A DNA stretch of 32,000 nucleotides. Origin: Pseudodesulfovibrio piezophilus C1TLV30 (GTDB taxonomy: Bacteria > Desulfobacterota > Desulfovibrionia > Desulfovibrionales > Desulfovibrionaceae). The notes under the pieces were generated by a model. It was not told the origin of the DNA. It ran no database searches and saw nothing but the letters and a program-made list of their open reading frames with translations. Made by a program: the position numbers and the translations under genes. The DNA lies in the NCBI RefSeq assembly GCF_000341895.1, contig NC_020409.1, positions 900,001 through 932,000 on the forward strand, given 5' to 3'. Positions 9,194 through 18,066 of this stretch are shown here, in pieces (the first letter of the stretch is position 1; each line of letters begins with the position of its first letter).

Positions 9194-9733
9194 ATGAAAC
9201 TTATTTTACGCGCCGATGTTGATGCCCTTGGTCGACTCGGAGAAATCGTTAATGTCAAGCCTGGTTATGGCCGCAATTACCTGATTCCCCAGGGACTTGC
9301 CAAGCCTGCAACCAATGCCAACCTCAAAGCCTTTGAGTTGGAGCGTCGCAAGCTCCAGGCCCAGGCTGACTCCCTTCGTGCCCAGGCCGAAGGTATGGCT
9401 GAAAAAATTGCTTCTCATCCGGTTGAAATCGAAGTTCGTGTTGGTGAAGGTGACAAGCTGTACGGCTCTGTCACGACTGCCAACATTGGCGATGCAATGG
9501 AAGCTGCTGGTATCGACATCGATCGCCGCAAAATCCTGCTGCCTGAGCCAATTCGTGCACTGGGTGAATATAAAGTTGAAATAAAACTGCACCCGGATGT
9601 ACGCGGCGAATTGAAACTCACCGTTGTTCGCCACGGCGGTCCCATCCAGGAAGAAATCGAAGAACCCGTTGAGGGTGAGGCTGTCGAGGAATCAGTAGAG
9701 ACCACCGATGAAGCCGAAGTCACAGAGGCCTAG
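9194..9733 (+). CDS. rplI: 50S ribosomal protein L9 with an acidic C-terminal extension
   Basis: MKLILRADVDALGRLGEIVNVKPGYGRNYLIPQGLA N-terminal domain. About 30 extra acidic residues at the C-terminus (EEIEEPVEGEAVEESVETTDEAEVTEA). GGAGGAGG SD. Confidence 0.93.
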   Translation: MKLILRADVDALGRLGEIVNVKPGYGRNYLIPQGLAKPATNANLKAFELERRKLQAQADSLRAQAEGMAEKIASHPVEIEVRVGEGDKLYGSVTTANIGDAMEAAGIDIDRRKILLPEPIRALGEYKVEIKLHPDVRGELKLTVVRHGGPIQEEIEEPVEGEAVEESVETTDEAEVTEA

Positions 9734-11141
9734 ATCAGGCCAGTTCGATACCAATACGGAAGAGGCCCTTGGTAGGGCCTCTTCCGATCTCCTACGCAAA
9801 CTCCCTCCCCAGAATCTTGAGGCTGAGCAGGCCGTCATTGGTGGTGTGTTCCAGTCCAACACCATGTTCCATGAGTTGGTAGATGTTGTTGACGCAGACG
9901 ACTTCTACTCTCCAGCACATCGGACAATCTTCCAAGGTTTTATTGAACTTTACAATAAGCAAAAGCCCATAGATCTCGTCACGGTCAAGGACTACCTGGA
10001 AACCTCGGGCACCCTGGACACCATCGGTGGGCCGGTCTATCTCTTTGAACTCGCCGACTCGGTGGTCAGCTCAGCGAACGCACTTCACCATGCGAAAATA
10101 GTTCGGGACAAATCAATTCTCCGCAAACTCATTGATGCATCGTCTAACATCATAACGAATTGTTACGAAGCCGGAGATGTTGACCAGCTGCTCGGAGAGT
10201 CTGAGAAAGAAATTTTCAATATCGCCCAAGCTCAAACAGCAACGAATCAACTTGATTCCAAGCGACTGCTTGATCGAGTCTTTGAAGACTTGACCAAAAA
10301 ATACGAAAACAAATCTTCCATCACCGGCATAGCGACGCATTATCATGATTTTGACAACATGACTGCCGGACTGCAAAATTCAGATCTCATCATCATGGCA
10401 GGTCGTCCCTCCATGGGTAAAACAGCTTTTGCCTTGAACGTGGCCCTTCGTGCTGCTGTCCGTTCGGAAGCCCCCACTGTTGTTTTTTCTCTTGAAATGA
10501 GTATGGAACAATTGATGACTCGTCTGTTGGCCGTGCAAGCAAAGGTCGGCTTACAGAATCTCCGCACCGGGTATATCGAAGATGAGGACTGGCAAAAGCT
10601 TTATGAAGCTGGAGATGTTTTATCACAAGCTCCTATGTTCATTGATGATACCCCGGCGTTGTCAACATTGGAACTCCAGGCACGTTGTCGCCGACTCAAG
10701 GCCGAACACAATCTTGGCCTGATCATCATCGACTACCTTCAGCTTATGCGGGCGAGTGGGCGTACCGACTCACGTGAGCAGGAAATTTCTGAAATTTCCC
10801 GAAGTCTCAAGGCATTGGCAAAGGAACTCAATGTTCCGGTCATCGCTCTCTCGCAGCTGAACCGTAAAGTTGAAGAACGGACAGACAAACGCCCCATGAT
10901 GTCAGACCTTCGTGAATCTGGTGCTATCGAGCAGGATGCTGATATTATTATATTTCTTTACCGTGATGCCGCATACAACAAGAGCGAGGACAACCCGCTC
11001 AAAAATCATGCGGAAATTATTATAGCAAAACAACGTAACGGCCCTGTTGGCAGGTGTGAGCTTTTCTTCAAGAAAGAATACACCCTCTTCGAAAATATGG
11101 ATGCCACGGTATACCCCTCGGAACTGCCCCCCGGCGTATAA
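9708..11141 (+). CDS. dnaB: replicative DNA helicase DnaB
   Basis: 477 aa. LPPQNLEAEQAVIGG, Walker A GRPSMGKTAF, DYLQLM, SRSLKALAKELNVPVIALSQLNR, ESGAIEQDAD. ATG 9708 is the only canonical start upstream of the conserved N-terminal motif, and it overlaps rplI by 26 nt. Confidence 0.9.
   Translation: MKPKSQRPRSGQFDTNTEEALGRASSDLLRKLPPQNLEAEQAVIGGVFQSNTMFHELVDVVDADDFYSPAHRTIFQGFIELYNKQKPIDLVTVKDYLETSGTLDTIGGPVYLFELADSVVSSANALHHAKIVRDKSILRKLIDASSNIITNCYEAGDVDQLLGESEKEIFNIAQAQTATNQLDSKRLLDRVFEDLTKKYENKSSITGIATHYHDFDNMTAGLQNSDLIIMAGRPSMGKTAFALNVALRAAVRSEAPTVVFSLEMSMEQLMTRLLAVQAKVGLQNLRTGYIEDEDWQKLYEAGDVLSQAPMFIDDTPALSTLELQARCRRLKAEHNLGLIIIDYLQLMRASGRTDSREQEISEISRSLKALAKELNVPVIALSQLNRKVEERTDKRPMMSDLRESGAIEQDADIIIFLYRDAAYNKSEDNPLKNHAEIIIAKQRNGPVGRCELFFKKEYTLFENMDATVYPSELPPGV
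9758..9785 (+). promoter_or_regulatory. GC-rich hairpin just after the rplI stop and inside the dnaB 5' coding region
   Basis: GGAAGAGGCCC-TTGGTA-GGGCCTCTTCC, a perfect 11-bp stem 25 nt downstream of the rplI stop, with no U-tract. Confidence 0.5.
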
Positions 11142-11164
11142 AACTCCAGCTCAAGAAGACCGTC

Positions 11165-12451
11165 ATGTATTACGATCCAGTGGAAACCATGGACCGCAAC
11201 AAACTGGAAAAGCTCCAGCTTGTACGCCTCAAGGAGACCATAGCCAATGCCAAGGCTACTCCTTTTTATGCCGAGCAACTCGCTGATATTTCACCGGAAG
11301 ACCTTACTTCAATAAAGGATATAAGTCGTCTGCCGTTTACCACAAAAGATGATTTACGCAGCCAATATCCCTATGGGATGTTGACTCGGTCACTGGATGA
11401 CTTTGTTCGATTACACGCATCATCCGGCACGACTGGAACCCCCACAGCCGTCTTTTACACTCAAAAGGATCTGGACACGTGGGCAGATCTGATGGCCCGG
11501 TGCATGTTTGCATGCGGCTGCCGCAAATCAGATGTCCTTCAGAATATGTCAGGCTACGGATTGTTCACCGGCGGGCTGGGGATTCACTATGGTTCTGAGC
11601 GCCTCGGTATGCTCACCGTCCCTGCCGGAGCTGGTAATACCAAGCGACAGATCAAGTTAATTCGGGATTTCAATGTTTCTGTCTTGCATATTATCCCTTC
11701 CTTTGCCCTCTACTTTGCACAAAAAGTTCAGGAAGAAGGTTTTGATGTCCGTGACATGCCATGGCAAATAGCACTGATCGGAGCCGAGCCTCATACTGAA
11801 GAAGCCCGTCGGAAAATTGAGAAAATGATGCATATCAAGGCATACAACTCCTATGGTCTCTCTGAAATGAATGGACCTGGTGTCGCTTTTGAATGTACGT
11901 ATCAAAACGGAATGCATGTGTGGGAAGATTCTTATATAGTCGAAATCATCAATCCGAAGACAGGTAAGCATGTCGAGGAAGGTGAGATCGGCGAACTGGT
12001 CATGACGACTCTGACGCGGGAAGGGATGCCTATCATCCGCTACAGGACACGTGACCTGACACGCTTTGTTCCAGGGCAATGTCAATGTGGCAGGACTCAC
12101 CGCCGTATTGATCGCATTGCAGGCCGTGCAGATGATATGATGATTCTCAAGGGCGTGAATATCTACCCCATGCAGATCGAACAATGCCTCATGTCCATGC
12201 CGGAAGTTGGTCAGAACTATCTCATAGAGCTTGTTACGGAAGGAGTGACTGACCAACTGAAGGTCAAGGTTGAAATCAAGGATGAATATTTCGTTGAAGA
12301 CATGCGTGTGTTACAAGGACTCCAGAAGCGTATAGCCAAAAACCTGTGCAATGAGATTCTCCTGACTCCCCGTGTAGAGCTATGCCAACACGACTCCATA
12401 CCCAAAAACGAAGGCAAGGCTGTTCGCGTGATGGACAGCAGAAAGAAGTAG
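11165..12451 (+). CDS. phenylacetate-CoA ligase family (PaaK-like adenylate-forming enzyme)
   Basis: 428 aa. N-terminus resembles PaaK/coenzyme F390 synthetase (ETMDRNKLEKLQLVRLKETI). Motifs SSGTTGTPT, YGLSE, YRTRD, GRADDMMILKGVNIYP. Confidence 0.8.
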   Translation: MYYDPVETMDRNKLEKLQLVRLKETIANAKATPFYAEQLADISPEDLTSIKDISRLPFTTKDDLRSQYPYGMLTRSLDDFVRLHASSGTTGTPTAVFYTQKDLDTWADLMARCMFACGCRKSDVLQNMSGYGLFTGGLGIHYGSERLGMLTVPAGAGNTKRQIKLIRDFNVSVLHIIPSFALYFAQKVQEEGFDVRDMPWQIALIGAEPHTEEARRKIEKMMHIKAYNSYGLSEMNGPGVAFECTYQNGMHVWEDSYIVEIINPKTGKHVEEGEIGELVMTTLTREGMPIIRYRTRDLTRFVPGQCQCGRTHRRIDRIAGRADDMMILKGVNIYPMQIEQCLMSMPEVGQNYLIELVTEGVTDQLKVKVEIKDEYFVEDMRVLQGLQKRIAKNLCNEILLTPRVELCQHDSIPKNEGKAVRVMDSRKK

Positions 12452-12454
12452 ACC

Positions 12455-12952
12455 ATGGAATATCTCTGGGCCATTTTATTTATTTTTGGACTGGCGCTCT
12501 CGCAAATGCTTCAACTTTTTTCCATGCCAGCAAATTGGGTTTCGCTGGCATTGGTTGCTGCGTGGAAAGTCCTCTATCCCGAATCCATGGCTTGGAACTT
12601 CGTCGTTGTACTCGGTGTCATTGCAGCGCTAGCTGAAGCTCTTGAAATCGGACTTCAAATGTGGGGTGCAGGACGATATGGAGCAACGGCTCGTGGCAAT
12701 ATCGGCGGTATTCTCGGAGCTATTGCCGGTGCCATTTTTTTTGCTCCATTCTTCCTTGGTCTCGGAGCACTCCTGGGAGCCTTGGGCGGTGCCTACCTGG
12801 GCTGTCTGATCATGGAGATACCCGGCCGCTCAAGACCTGAAGCATTCAAAGCAGCCAAGGGAGCCTTCGTGGGCAAGGCTCTCGGATTCACTATCAAAAC
12901 AGCCATAGGCGCTGTCATTGTCGTTATGGCAATTCCTCAAATCTGGCCGTGA
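12455..12952 (+). CDS. DUF456-like glycine-zipper inner-membrane protein
   Basis: 165 aa, four or five hydrophobic helices, GGILGAIAGAIFFAPFFLGLGALLGALGGAYLG. Starts 3 nt after the ligase stop. Family assignment is from memory of DUF456 architecture. Confidence 0.6.
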   Translation: MEYLWAILFIFGLALSQMLQLFSMPANWVSLALVAAWKVLYPESMAWNFVVVLGVIAALAEALEIGLQMWGAGRYGATARGNIGGILGAIAGAIFFAPFFLGLGALLGALGGAYLGCLIMEIPGRSRPEAFKAAKGAFVGKALGFTIKTAIGAVIVVMAIPQIWP

Positions 12953-13338
12953 CAAGCTTCGGTATCGACACAACTTGAACGCCCGATTTCTTCCTCCACT
13001 AGTCCGACTTCCCTAAGATACTCCACCACTCGTGAAGTCTGCCCTGACGCCATGGTCCCTCCCAGAGAAACAGCTACGGCACAAGCCTCTAATATCTCCT
13101 CCACGGTGGCACCCAATTCCAGGCTCACCCCGGTCTGGTAGAGGATACACGCTCGGCACCCACCGACCAATGCTCCTACCAACGCCATCAACCGTTTGTG
13201 CTTACCACTCAGAACTCCATTCTTGTAGACCTCTTGTGGTAATTGTTCGTAAGCATCAGCAATCTCAGGCATCAAGTCCTGGTACTGTTTCCAATTTTTC
13301 TCAATGTTCGCCTTCACTGCAATTTGACTTTCTGTCAT
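12937..13338 (-). CDS. carboxymuconolactone decarboxylase / AhpD-like family protein (CxxC)
   Basis: 133 aa. KHKRLMALVGALVGGCRACILYQTGVSLELGATVEEILEA fits the CMD-domain core with a CRAC motif. AAGGAG SD. Divergent from a LysR gene. Confidence 0.8.
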   Translation of the reverse strand: MTESQIAVKANIEKNWKQYQDLMPEIADAYEQLPQEVYKNGVLSGKHKRLMALVGALVGGCRACILYQTGVSLELGATVEEILEACAVAVSLGGTMASGQTSRVVEYLREVGLVEEEIGRSSCVDTEACHGQI

Positions 13339-13381
13339 GACAACTCCTTATGTTTTGTACAGTTTGCCAACCTCCTAGATA

Positions 13382-13394
13382 TTCGACAAACGAA
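13382..13394. promoter_or_regulatory. LysR-type T-N11-A box (TTCG-N5-CGAA) in the divergent intergenic region
   Basis: TTCGACAAACGAA dyad between the CMD gene (start 13338) and the LysR gene (start 13418). Confidence 0.4.
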
Positions 13395-13417
13395 TCTTTT
13401 TCATCTAACATATAAGA

Positions 13418-14290
13418 ATGTCTTATACCTCAACTTTAACCCAGTTACCGCCAGATGTGCTGCGAACTTTCATTTATGCCGTTGAAACAGGGAGCTTCAC
13501 AAATGCGGCGGAATTAGTGCATCGCACACAATCCGCTGTGTCCATGCAAATGAAACGGCTGGAGAGTGATCTAGAAAAGCCGCTTTTTGTGCGGCAAGGA
13601 CGTGGTGTTCGACTGACAACTGATGGAGAAACACTCTATCGATATGCTCTTCGTTTGACGACACTCCACGATGAAGCGCTCGCAGCTCTCACCCAACCCC
13701 AATTGTCAGGAGTTGTTAGACTGGGAGCACCTGAAGACTATGCGGCCCAGTATGTGCCCAGCGCTTTACAACGGTTCGCTACCCTGCATCCCCGTATTAC
13801 CGTGGATGTCTATTGTGATGTTTCGGAAAATTTGAGCAGGCAGTTCCAAGATGGTGAGCTTGATGTCATGATCACGACTGAATCGCGCGCTGATGGCCCC
13901 TTTTGTCGACAGCAGGATCTTATGTGGATAGTGGAAGAACATGGAACGGCAATGGAACAAAGCCCACTCCCCCTCGCATTATTTCATGAAGGGTGCCATT
14001 ATAGACGTAACACCCTTACAGCATTGGAAGAAGCTGGAATCTCATACCGAATCGCATATGGAAGCCCCAGTCTGGCGGGTATTCTGGCCATCGTCAGGGC
14101 TGGCCTTGCCGTGGCAGTTGTGGCGCATGGAACCGCTATCCCCGGCTGTAGGCGGCTAACCAAGAATGAAGGGCTTCCCTTTATTCCTCCCGTCGGCATA
14201 GCCCTCCGCCTCAACCAGAGGAACAACACTCCGGCTACACGTTCTCTTCACCGCTTTATCGATGCCGAACTGGAAATGACGACAGTCTAA
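13418..14290 (+). CDS. LysR-family transcriptional regulator
   Basis: 290 aa. N-terminal wHTH (LRTFIYAVETGSFTNAAELVHRTQSAVSMQMKRLE) plus a substrate-binding domain of the usual length. Confidence 0.9.
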   Translation: MSYTSTLTQLPPDVLRTFIYAVETGSFTNAAELVHRTQSAVSMQMKRLESDLEKPLFVRQGRGVRLTTDGETLYRYALRLTTLHDEALAALTQPQLSGVVRLGAPEDYAAQYVPSALQRFATLHPRITVDVYCDVSENLSRQFQDGELDVMITTESRADGPFCRQQDLMWIVEEHGTAMEQSPLPLALFHEGCHYRRNTLTALEEAGISYRIAYGSPSLAGILAIVRAGLAVAVVAHGTAIPGCRRLTKNEGLPFIPPVGIALRLNQRNNTPATRSLHRFIDAELEMTTV

Positions 14291-15186
14291 TCACACAATT
14301 TGTCAGGAAGCTCTCTGGCCGCTTTCTTATACCCAAACTCGATAAGGGGAGCGGCAGCGTCAAACTCCATCATGGAACAAAGGTTTGCCGGAATCTCCAA
14401 TAAACAATCAGGTGGGTAAGCTGCAATTTTCTGTCTTGCTATGGTTCCCTGCATGGCGTCAAACGATTTATAAACGATCTCATAAGCCCGAATATCCACA
14501 CGGCTTTGAGTTAATTTATCAGTCAATGTTGTCGCAAAATCCCGTATAGCATTCGAAACGATGGACCTGTCACCCGAAGGTTCTTCCCGGTGCTTGCTTG
14601 AAGAAATTTCTATTCCCTCAACCTGTGGGGCACAGAGATTGACAGCCACTGTATATTCCGTCTGATTACTGAATGTGGGCGCGATAGGAACCGGATTTAA
14701 AATACCACCATCAATGAGGTCATCTCCATTCAAACGATAAGGCTTGAAAATCAAAGGCAGGGAAATGGATGCCTTGATCGCTTCAAAAACCGGTCCTTGC
14801 CGAAACCACACCTCTTTCCTCTTAGAAATATTGGCAGCCACAGCTGTGAATTCAACAGGCAGATCTTCAATCAATGCTTCACCGACAAGATTACGGAGCG
14901 TATTGATAATTCGATCTCCCTTGATCAATCCATCCATACCAAAAGACACATCCATCAGTGCGAGCATGTCTGTTTTGGTAATTCCCCGCACCCATGTTTC
15001 AAATTCATCAAGCTGACCGATGGCATGAATCCCCCCAACCAAAGCCCCCATGGAACAGCCAGCTATGGCTTTTATCTCGTAGTCATTTTCTTCAAGCCAC
15101 TTGATAATACCTATATGTGCTAATCCCCGCGCTCCGCCACTTCCGAGCACAAGTGAAATACTTTTTTTCTTCGCCATTGTTTCCAT
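14287..15186 (-). CDS. patatin-like phospholipase (RssA-like)
   Basis: 299 aa. GSGGARG oxyanion motif, GCSMG nucleophile elbow, DGG near LIDGGILNPVP. Start is ATG 15186 or 15177. Confidence 0.88.
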   Translation of the reverse strand: METMAKKKSISLVLGSGGARGLAHIGIIKWLEENDYEIKAIAGCSMGALVGGIHAIGQLDEFETWVRGITKTDMLALMDVSFGMDGLIKGDRIINTLRNLVGEALIEDLPVEFTAVAANISKRKEVWFRQGPVFEAIKASISLPLIFKPYRLNGDDLIDGGILNPVPIAPTFSNQTEYTVAVNLCAPQVEGIEISSSKHREEPSGDRSIVSNAIRDFATTLTDKLTQSRVDIRAYEIVYKSFDAMQGTIARQKIAAYPPDCLLEIPANLCSMMEFDAAAPLIEFGYKKAARELPDKLCD

Positions 15187-15363
15187 ACCCTCTCATTACT
15201 TCGTTGTGGTACCTATCTCTCATATTTTAAAAAAGGGCAATTTATGCTCAGTCAGGTTTCACTTCCACTTTTGACTTGCACCTCCCGCTCTTTTAAGCGA
15301 ACGTGTGAGGCCCGTTTACAGCACTTTATTGGAAAAAACCTTCATTCATATTTGGGTACAAAG

Positions 15364-16812
15364 ATGACTGCCGACCTCTTCCCTTCCTATCGCGGTGACA
15401 TGGAATACTTCTGCCTCGGTTGCGGAAAAAGATTTCCAACTGATGAACTTTACTACACCTGCCCGGACTGCGGCGGTGTGTTTCTGTTGGAGAACCTCGC
15501 ATTCGATGAATTGAAAAAAACCTCCGGCGAAGAATGGCGAGCAATATTTGATGCACGCGCCGCTTCAAAGAAAACGGCTCTGCGAGGCATTTTTCGCTTC
15601 TATGAACTGATGGCGCCGGTCATTGACGAAGAGGATATTGTCTATTTGGGAGAAGGAAACACTCCTATTATCGAATCCAGCCCAACTCTCAGAGAATGCA
15701 CCGGAATCAGAACAGCCTACAAGAACGACGGGCAAAATCCATCCGCATCCTTCAAGGACAGAGGAATGGCTTGTGGATTCTCCTATTTGCGCGCGCTCAT
15801 CCGGAAACATGGCTGGGACCAGATTCTTACCGTTTGCGCTTCCACGGGTGACACTTCGGCAGCCGCAGCCTTGTATGCATCATACGTAGGTGACGCCATT
15901 CAATCCGTCGTGATCCTTCCCCATGGTAAAGTCACCCCGGCACAACTCGCCCAGCCCCTGGGGTCCGGTGCAGTCGTTCTTGAAGTCCCCGGAGTCTTTG
16001 ACGACTGCATGAAGGTAGTGGAGCACCTGGCAGACAATTACCGCGTAGCGCTCCTGAACTCGAAGAATGCCTGGCGGATTCTCGGCCAGGAATCTTACGC
16101 CTTTGAATGCGCCCAATGGTTTGACTGGGACCTCAAAGACAAATGCATATTTGTTCCCATAGGCAATGCAGGCAATGTCACGGCAATAATGGCCGGTTTC
16201 CTCAAACTCCACGATCTGGGCATTATTACCGACTTACCACGTATTTTTGGTGTTCAATCCCACCATGCAGATCCTGTTTACCGTTACTATGCTGTGGACA
16301 ACCCGGATGAACGCCACTACGCACCGGTAACCGTGACCCCATCCGTGGCCCAGGCCGCCATGATTGGCAATCCTGTTTCATTCCCCCGCGTCAAATACTT
16401 TGCTGAAAAATTCGAACACATTGGAGGCAAAGACTCTTTCCAGATCATTCAGGTCACTGAACAGCAGATCATGGATTCCATGATTCAGGCCAATAGAAAT
16501 GGACACATTGCATGCACTCAGGGCGGCGAGACATTTGCCGGAGCCAAACGAGCTTTGGGACTGGGATTGCTCTCGGAAAAAGAGTTATGCATCCTCGACT
16601 CCACGGCTCATCAACTCAAATTTGTCGATTTCCAAAACATGTACTTCGACAATACATTCCCGCCGGAATTCGAGGTTTCTCCTGATACTTCCCTGGCCAA
16701 CAGACCGGAGCTAGTCATCTCACCTGAAGAGAAAGCCACTCTTTCAGCCGATGAATATACACGGACCACGGCAGACACTATTGTCGCTAAACTTGGCTTG
16801 AAAAAGAAATAG
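15364..16812 (+). CDS. thrC: threonine synthase (long form with an N-terminal CxxC...CxxC zinc ribbon)
   Basis: CLGCGKRF...CPDCGG, PLP-lysine motif SFKDRG, GNAGN-type loop. Start chosen at ATG 15364, but the SD is weak and the start is uncertain. Confidence 0.88.
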   Translation: MTADLFPSYRGDMEYFCLGCGKRFPTDELYYTCPDCGGVFLLENLAFDELKKTSGEEWRAIFDARAASKKTALRGIFRFYELMAPVIDEEDIVYLGEGNTPIIESSPTLRECTGIRTAYKNDGQNPSASFKDRGMACGFSYLRALIRKHGWDQILTVCASTGDTSAAAALYASYVGDAIQSVVILPHGKVTPAQLAQPLGSGAVVLEVPGVFDDCMKVVEHLADNYRVALLNSKNAWRILGQESYAFECAQWFDWDLKDKCIFVPIGNAGNVTAIMAGFLKLHDLGIITDLPRIFGVQSHHADPVYRYYAVDNPDERHYAPVTVTPSVAQAAMIGNPVSFPRVKYFAEKFEHIGGKDSFQIIQVTEQQIMDSMIQANRNGHIACTQGGETFAGAKRALGLGLLSEKELCILDSTAHQLKFVDFQNMYFDNTFPPEFEVSPDTSLANRPELVISPEEKATLSADEYTRTTADTIVAKLGLKKK

Positions 16813-16836
16813 CAGTCAAACGGATATCACTGACAG

Positions 16837-16874
16837 GATAACCATGAACTCTCATCAGAGATGACATGGTTATC
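16837..16874 (+). other. 10-bp inverted repeat between thrC and tlyA
   Basis: GATAACCATG (16837-16846) and CATGGTTATC (16865-16874) with an 18-nt loop and no U-tract. Possible processing or attenuation site. Confidence 0.3.
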
Positions 16875-16904
16875 TGCCCCAAAAGTCCGTGGAAAGAGAT
16901 TCTA

Positions 16905-17654
16905 ATGGCGAAAAAACAACGTGCAGATCAACTCCTGACTGGAGCAGGTCTGGCAGAGAGTCGTGAAAAGGCAAAACGCCAGATAATGGCAGGGAAAGTC
17001 CATTATATAGAGAATGGACAGAAGATACCTGTTGCAAAGCCAGGCCAGCAATTTCCACCGGAGACTGAATTTGTCGTACCGGAAGAAAACCAATATGTCT
17101 CGCGCGGGGCATACAAGATTCTGACAGCCATCGAAGAGTTTTCCATCAACTTTGAGGGAAAAACTGCATTGGATGCCGGAGCTTCCACCGGAGGATTTAC
17201 CGATTGTATGCTTCAACACGGTGCCGTTAGGGTCTATGCAGCCGATGTGGGCTATGGCCAGCTGCATGAGAAATTGCGTCAGGATTCACGGGTAATCAAT
17301 CTGGAGAGAACCAATATCCGTCATGCAACCGCAGAGCTTATCCCTGAACAGATTGATGTCATTGTAGCTGACGTCTCATTTATATCCCTGATCAAAATAC
17401 TGCCAGCGTGCATGCAATTTCTCAAACCGGGAGGAGAGTTGGTGGTGCTTATCAAACCCCAATTCGAACTCGGACCGGGACAGACAGACAAAGGGGTTGT
17501 ACGCGATGAAGGACTCCGCCAACAGGCTGTTCAGCTCGTCACCAATTTCTGCAGTGAAGAGCTTACTCTGACTATCAAAGGAATCGTGCCATCAAAAATT
17601 CTTGGACCAAAGGGGAACCAGGAGTACATGGCATATATGCAAGCTCCGGTTTGA
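16905..17654 (+). CDS. tlyA: TlyA-family rRNA 2'-O-methyltransferase (S4 domain plus FtsJ-like methyltransferase)
   Basis: 249 aa from ATG 16905. RADQLL S4-like N-terminus, VSRGAYKL-type motif, LDAGASTGGFTDC SAM-binding motif, DVSFISL. Confidence 0.88.
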   Translation: MAKKQRADQLLTGAGLAESREKAKRQIMAGKVHYIENGQKIPVAKPGQQFPPETEFVVPEENQYVSRGAYKILTAIEEFSINFEGKTALDAGASTGGFTDCMLQHGAVRVYAADVGYGQLHEKLRQDSRVINLERTNIRHATAELIPEQIDVIVADVSFISLIKILPACMQFLKPGGELVVLIKPQFELGPGQTDKGVVRDEGLRQQAVQLVTNFCSEELTLTIKGIVPSKILGPKGNQEYMAYMQAPV

Positions 17655-18066
17655 CTCCCTTCCGACGAAAGCTTTCCACTATCCCGACATGAACAGGATT
17701 GACTGAATGCCCCATCCCAACACCCCTTCCATTCTGACAATCACACTCTCCCCCATACCATGAACAGCACCCACGCTTTGCCAACTCTTCAGGCTCATTC
17801 ACATCAGACCTGTCCGTGGTGGACTGAATTTTCTCTGATGAAAAAAAAAGGAACAGGGAACTCTCCGGCAAAGGCGCACGTACATGCCAGAGGAAAAGAA
17901 AAACATAGAATCATGAAACTTCGCATGGCAACCTCCACTTTGGAGGACTGGATACCCCTATAATTCAGATACGGAAAAAGACAAAAGGAGTCCGTTACTC
18001 ATGAGATTTTAACGCTCTTTTGGCTCTCACTATTTCTTGAAGTAAAAAAGCCCCGCTCTCATTCCA

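Noticed and set aside
11657-12256. 199-aa ORF antisense within the PaaK-like ligase gene, and similar antisense ORFs at 1273-1851, 9206-9634, 22636-23283 and 24025-24574
   Set aside because: All lie inside genes with clear family signatures on the opposite strand. They lack SD sequences and have non-protein-like composition.
17575-17871. 98-aa minus-strand ORF with a Cys-rich patch (GCCSWYGGECDC) in the tlyA downstream spacer, considered as a small Cys-rich or selenoprotein gene
   Set aside because: Its 3' 80 nt overlap tlyA coding sequence. It has no SD and low-complexity composition. I also checked the plus-strand frame for an in-frame TGA (17700) preceded by an ATG, but the flanking translation is not protein-like.
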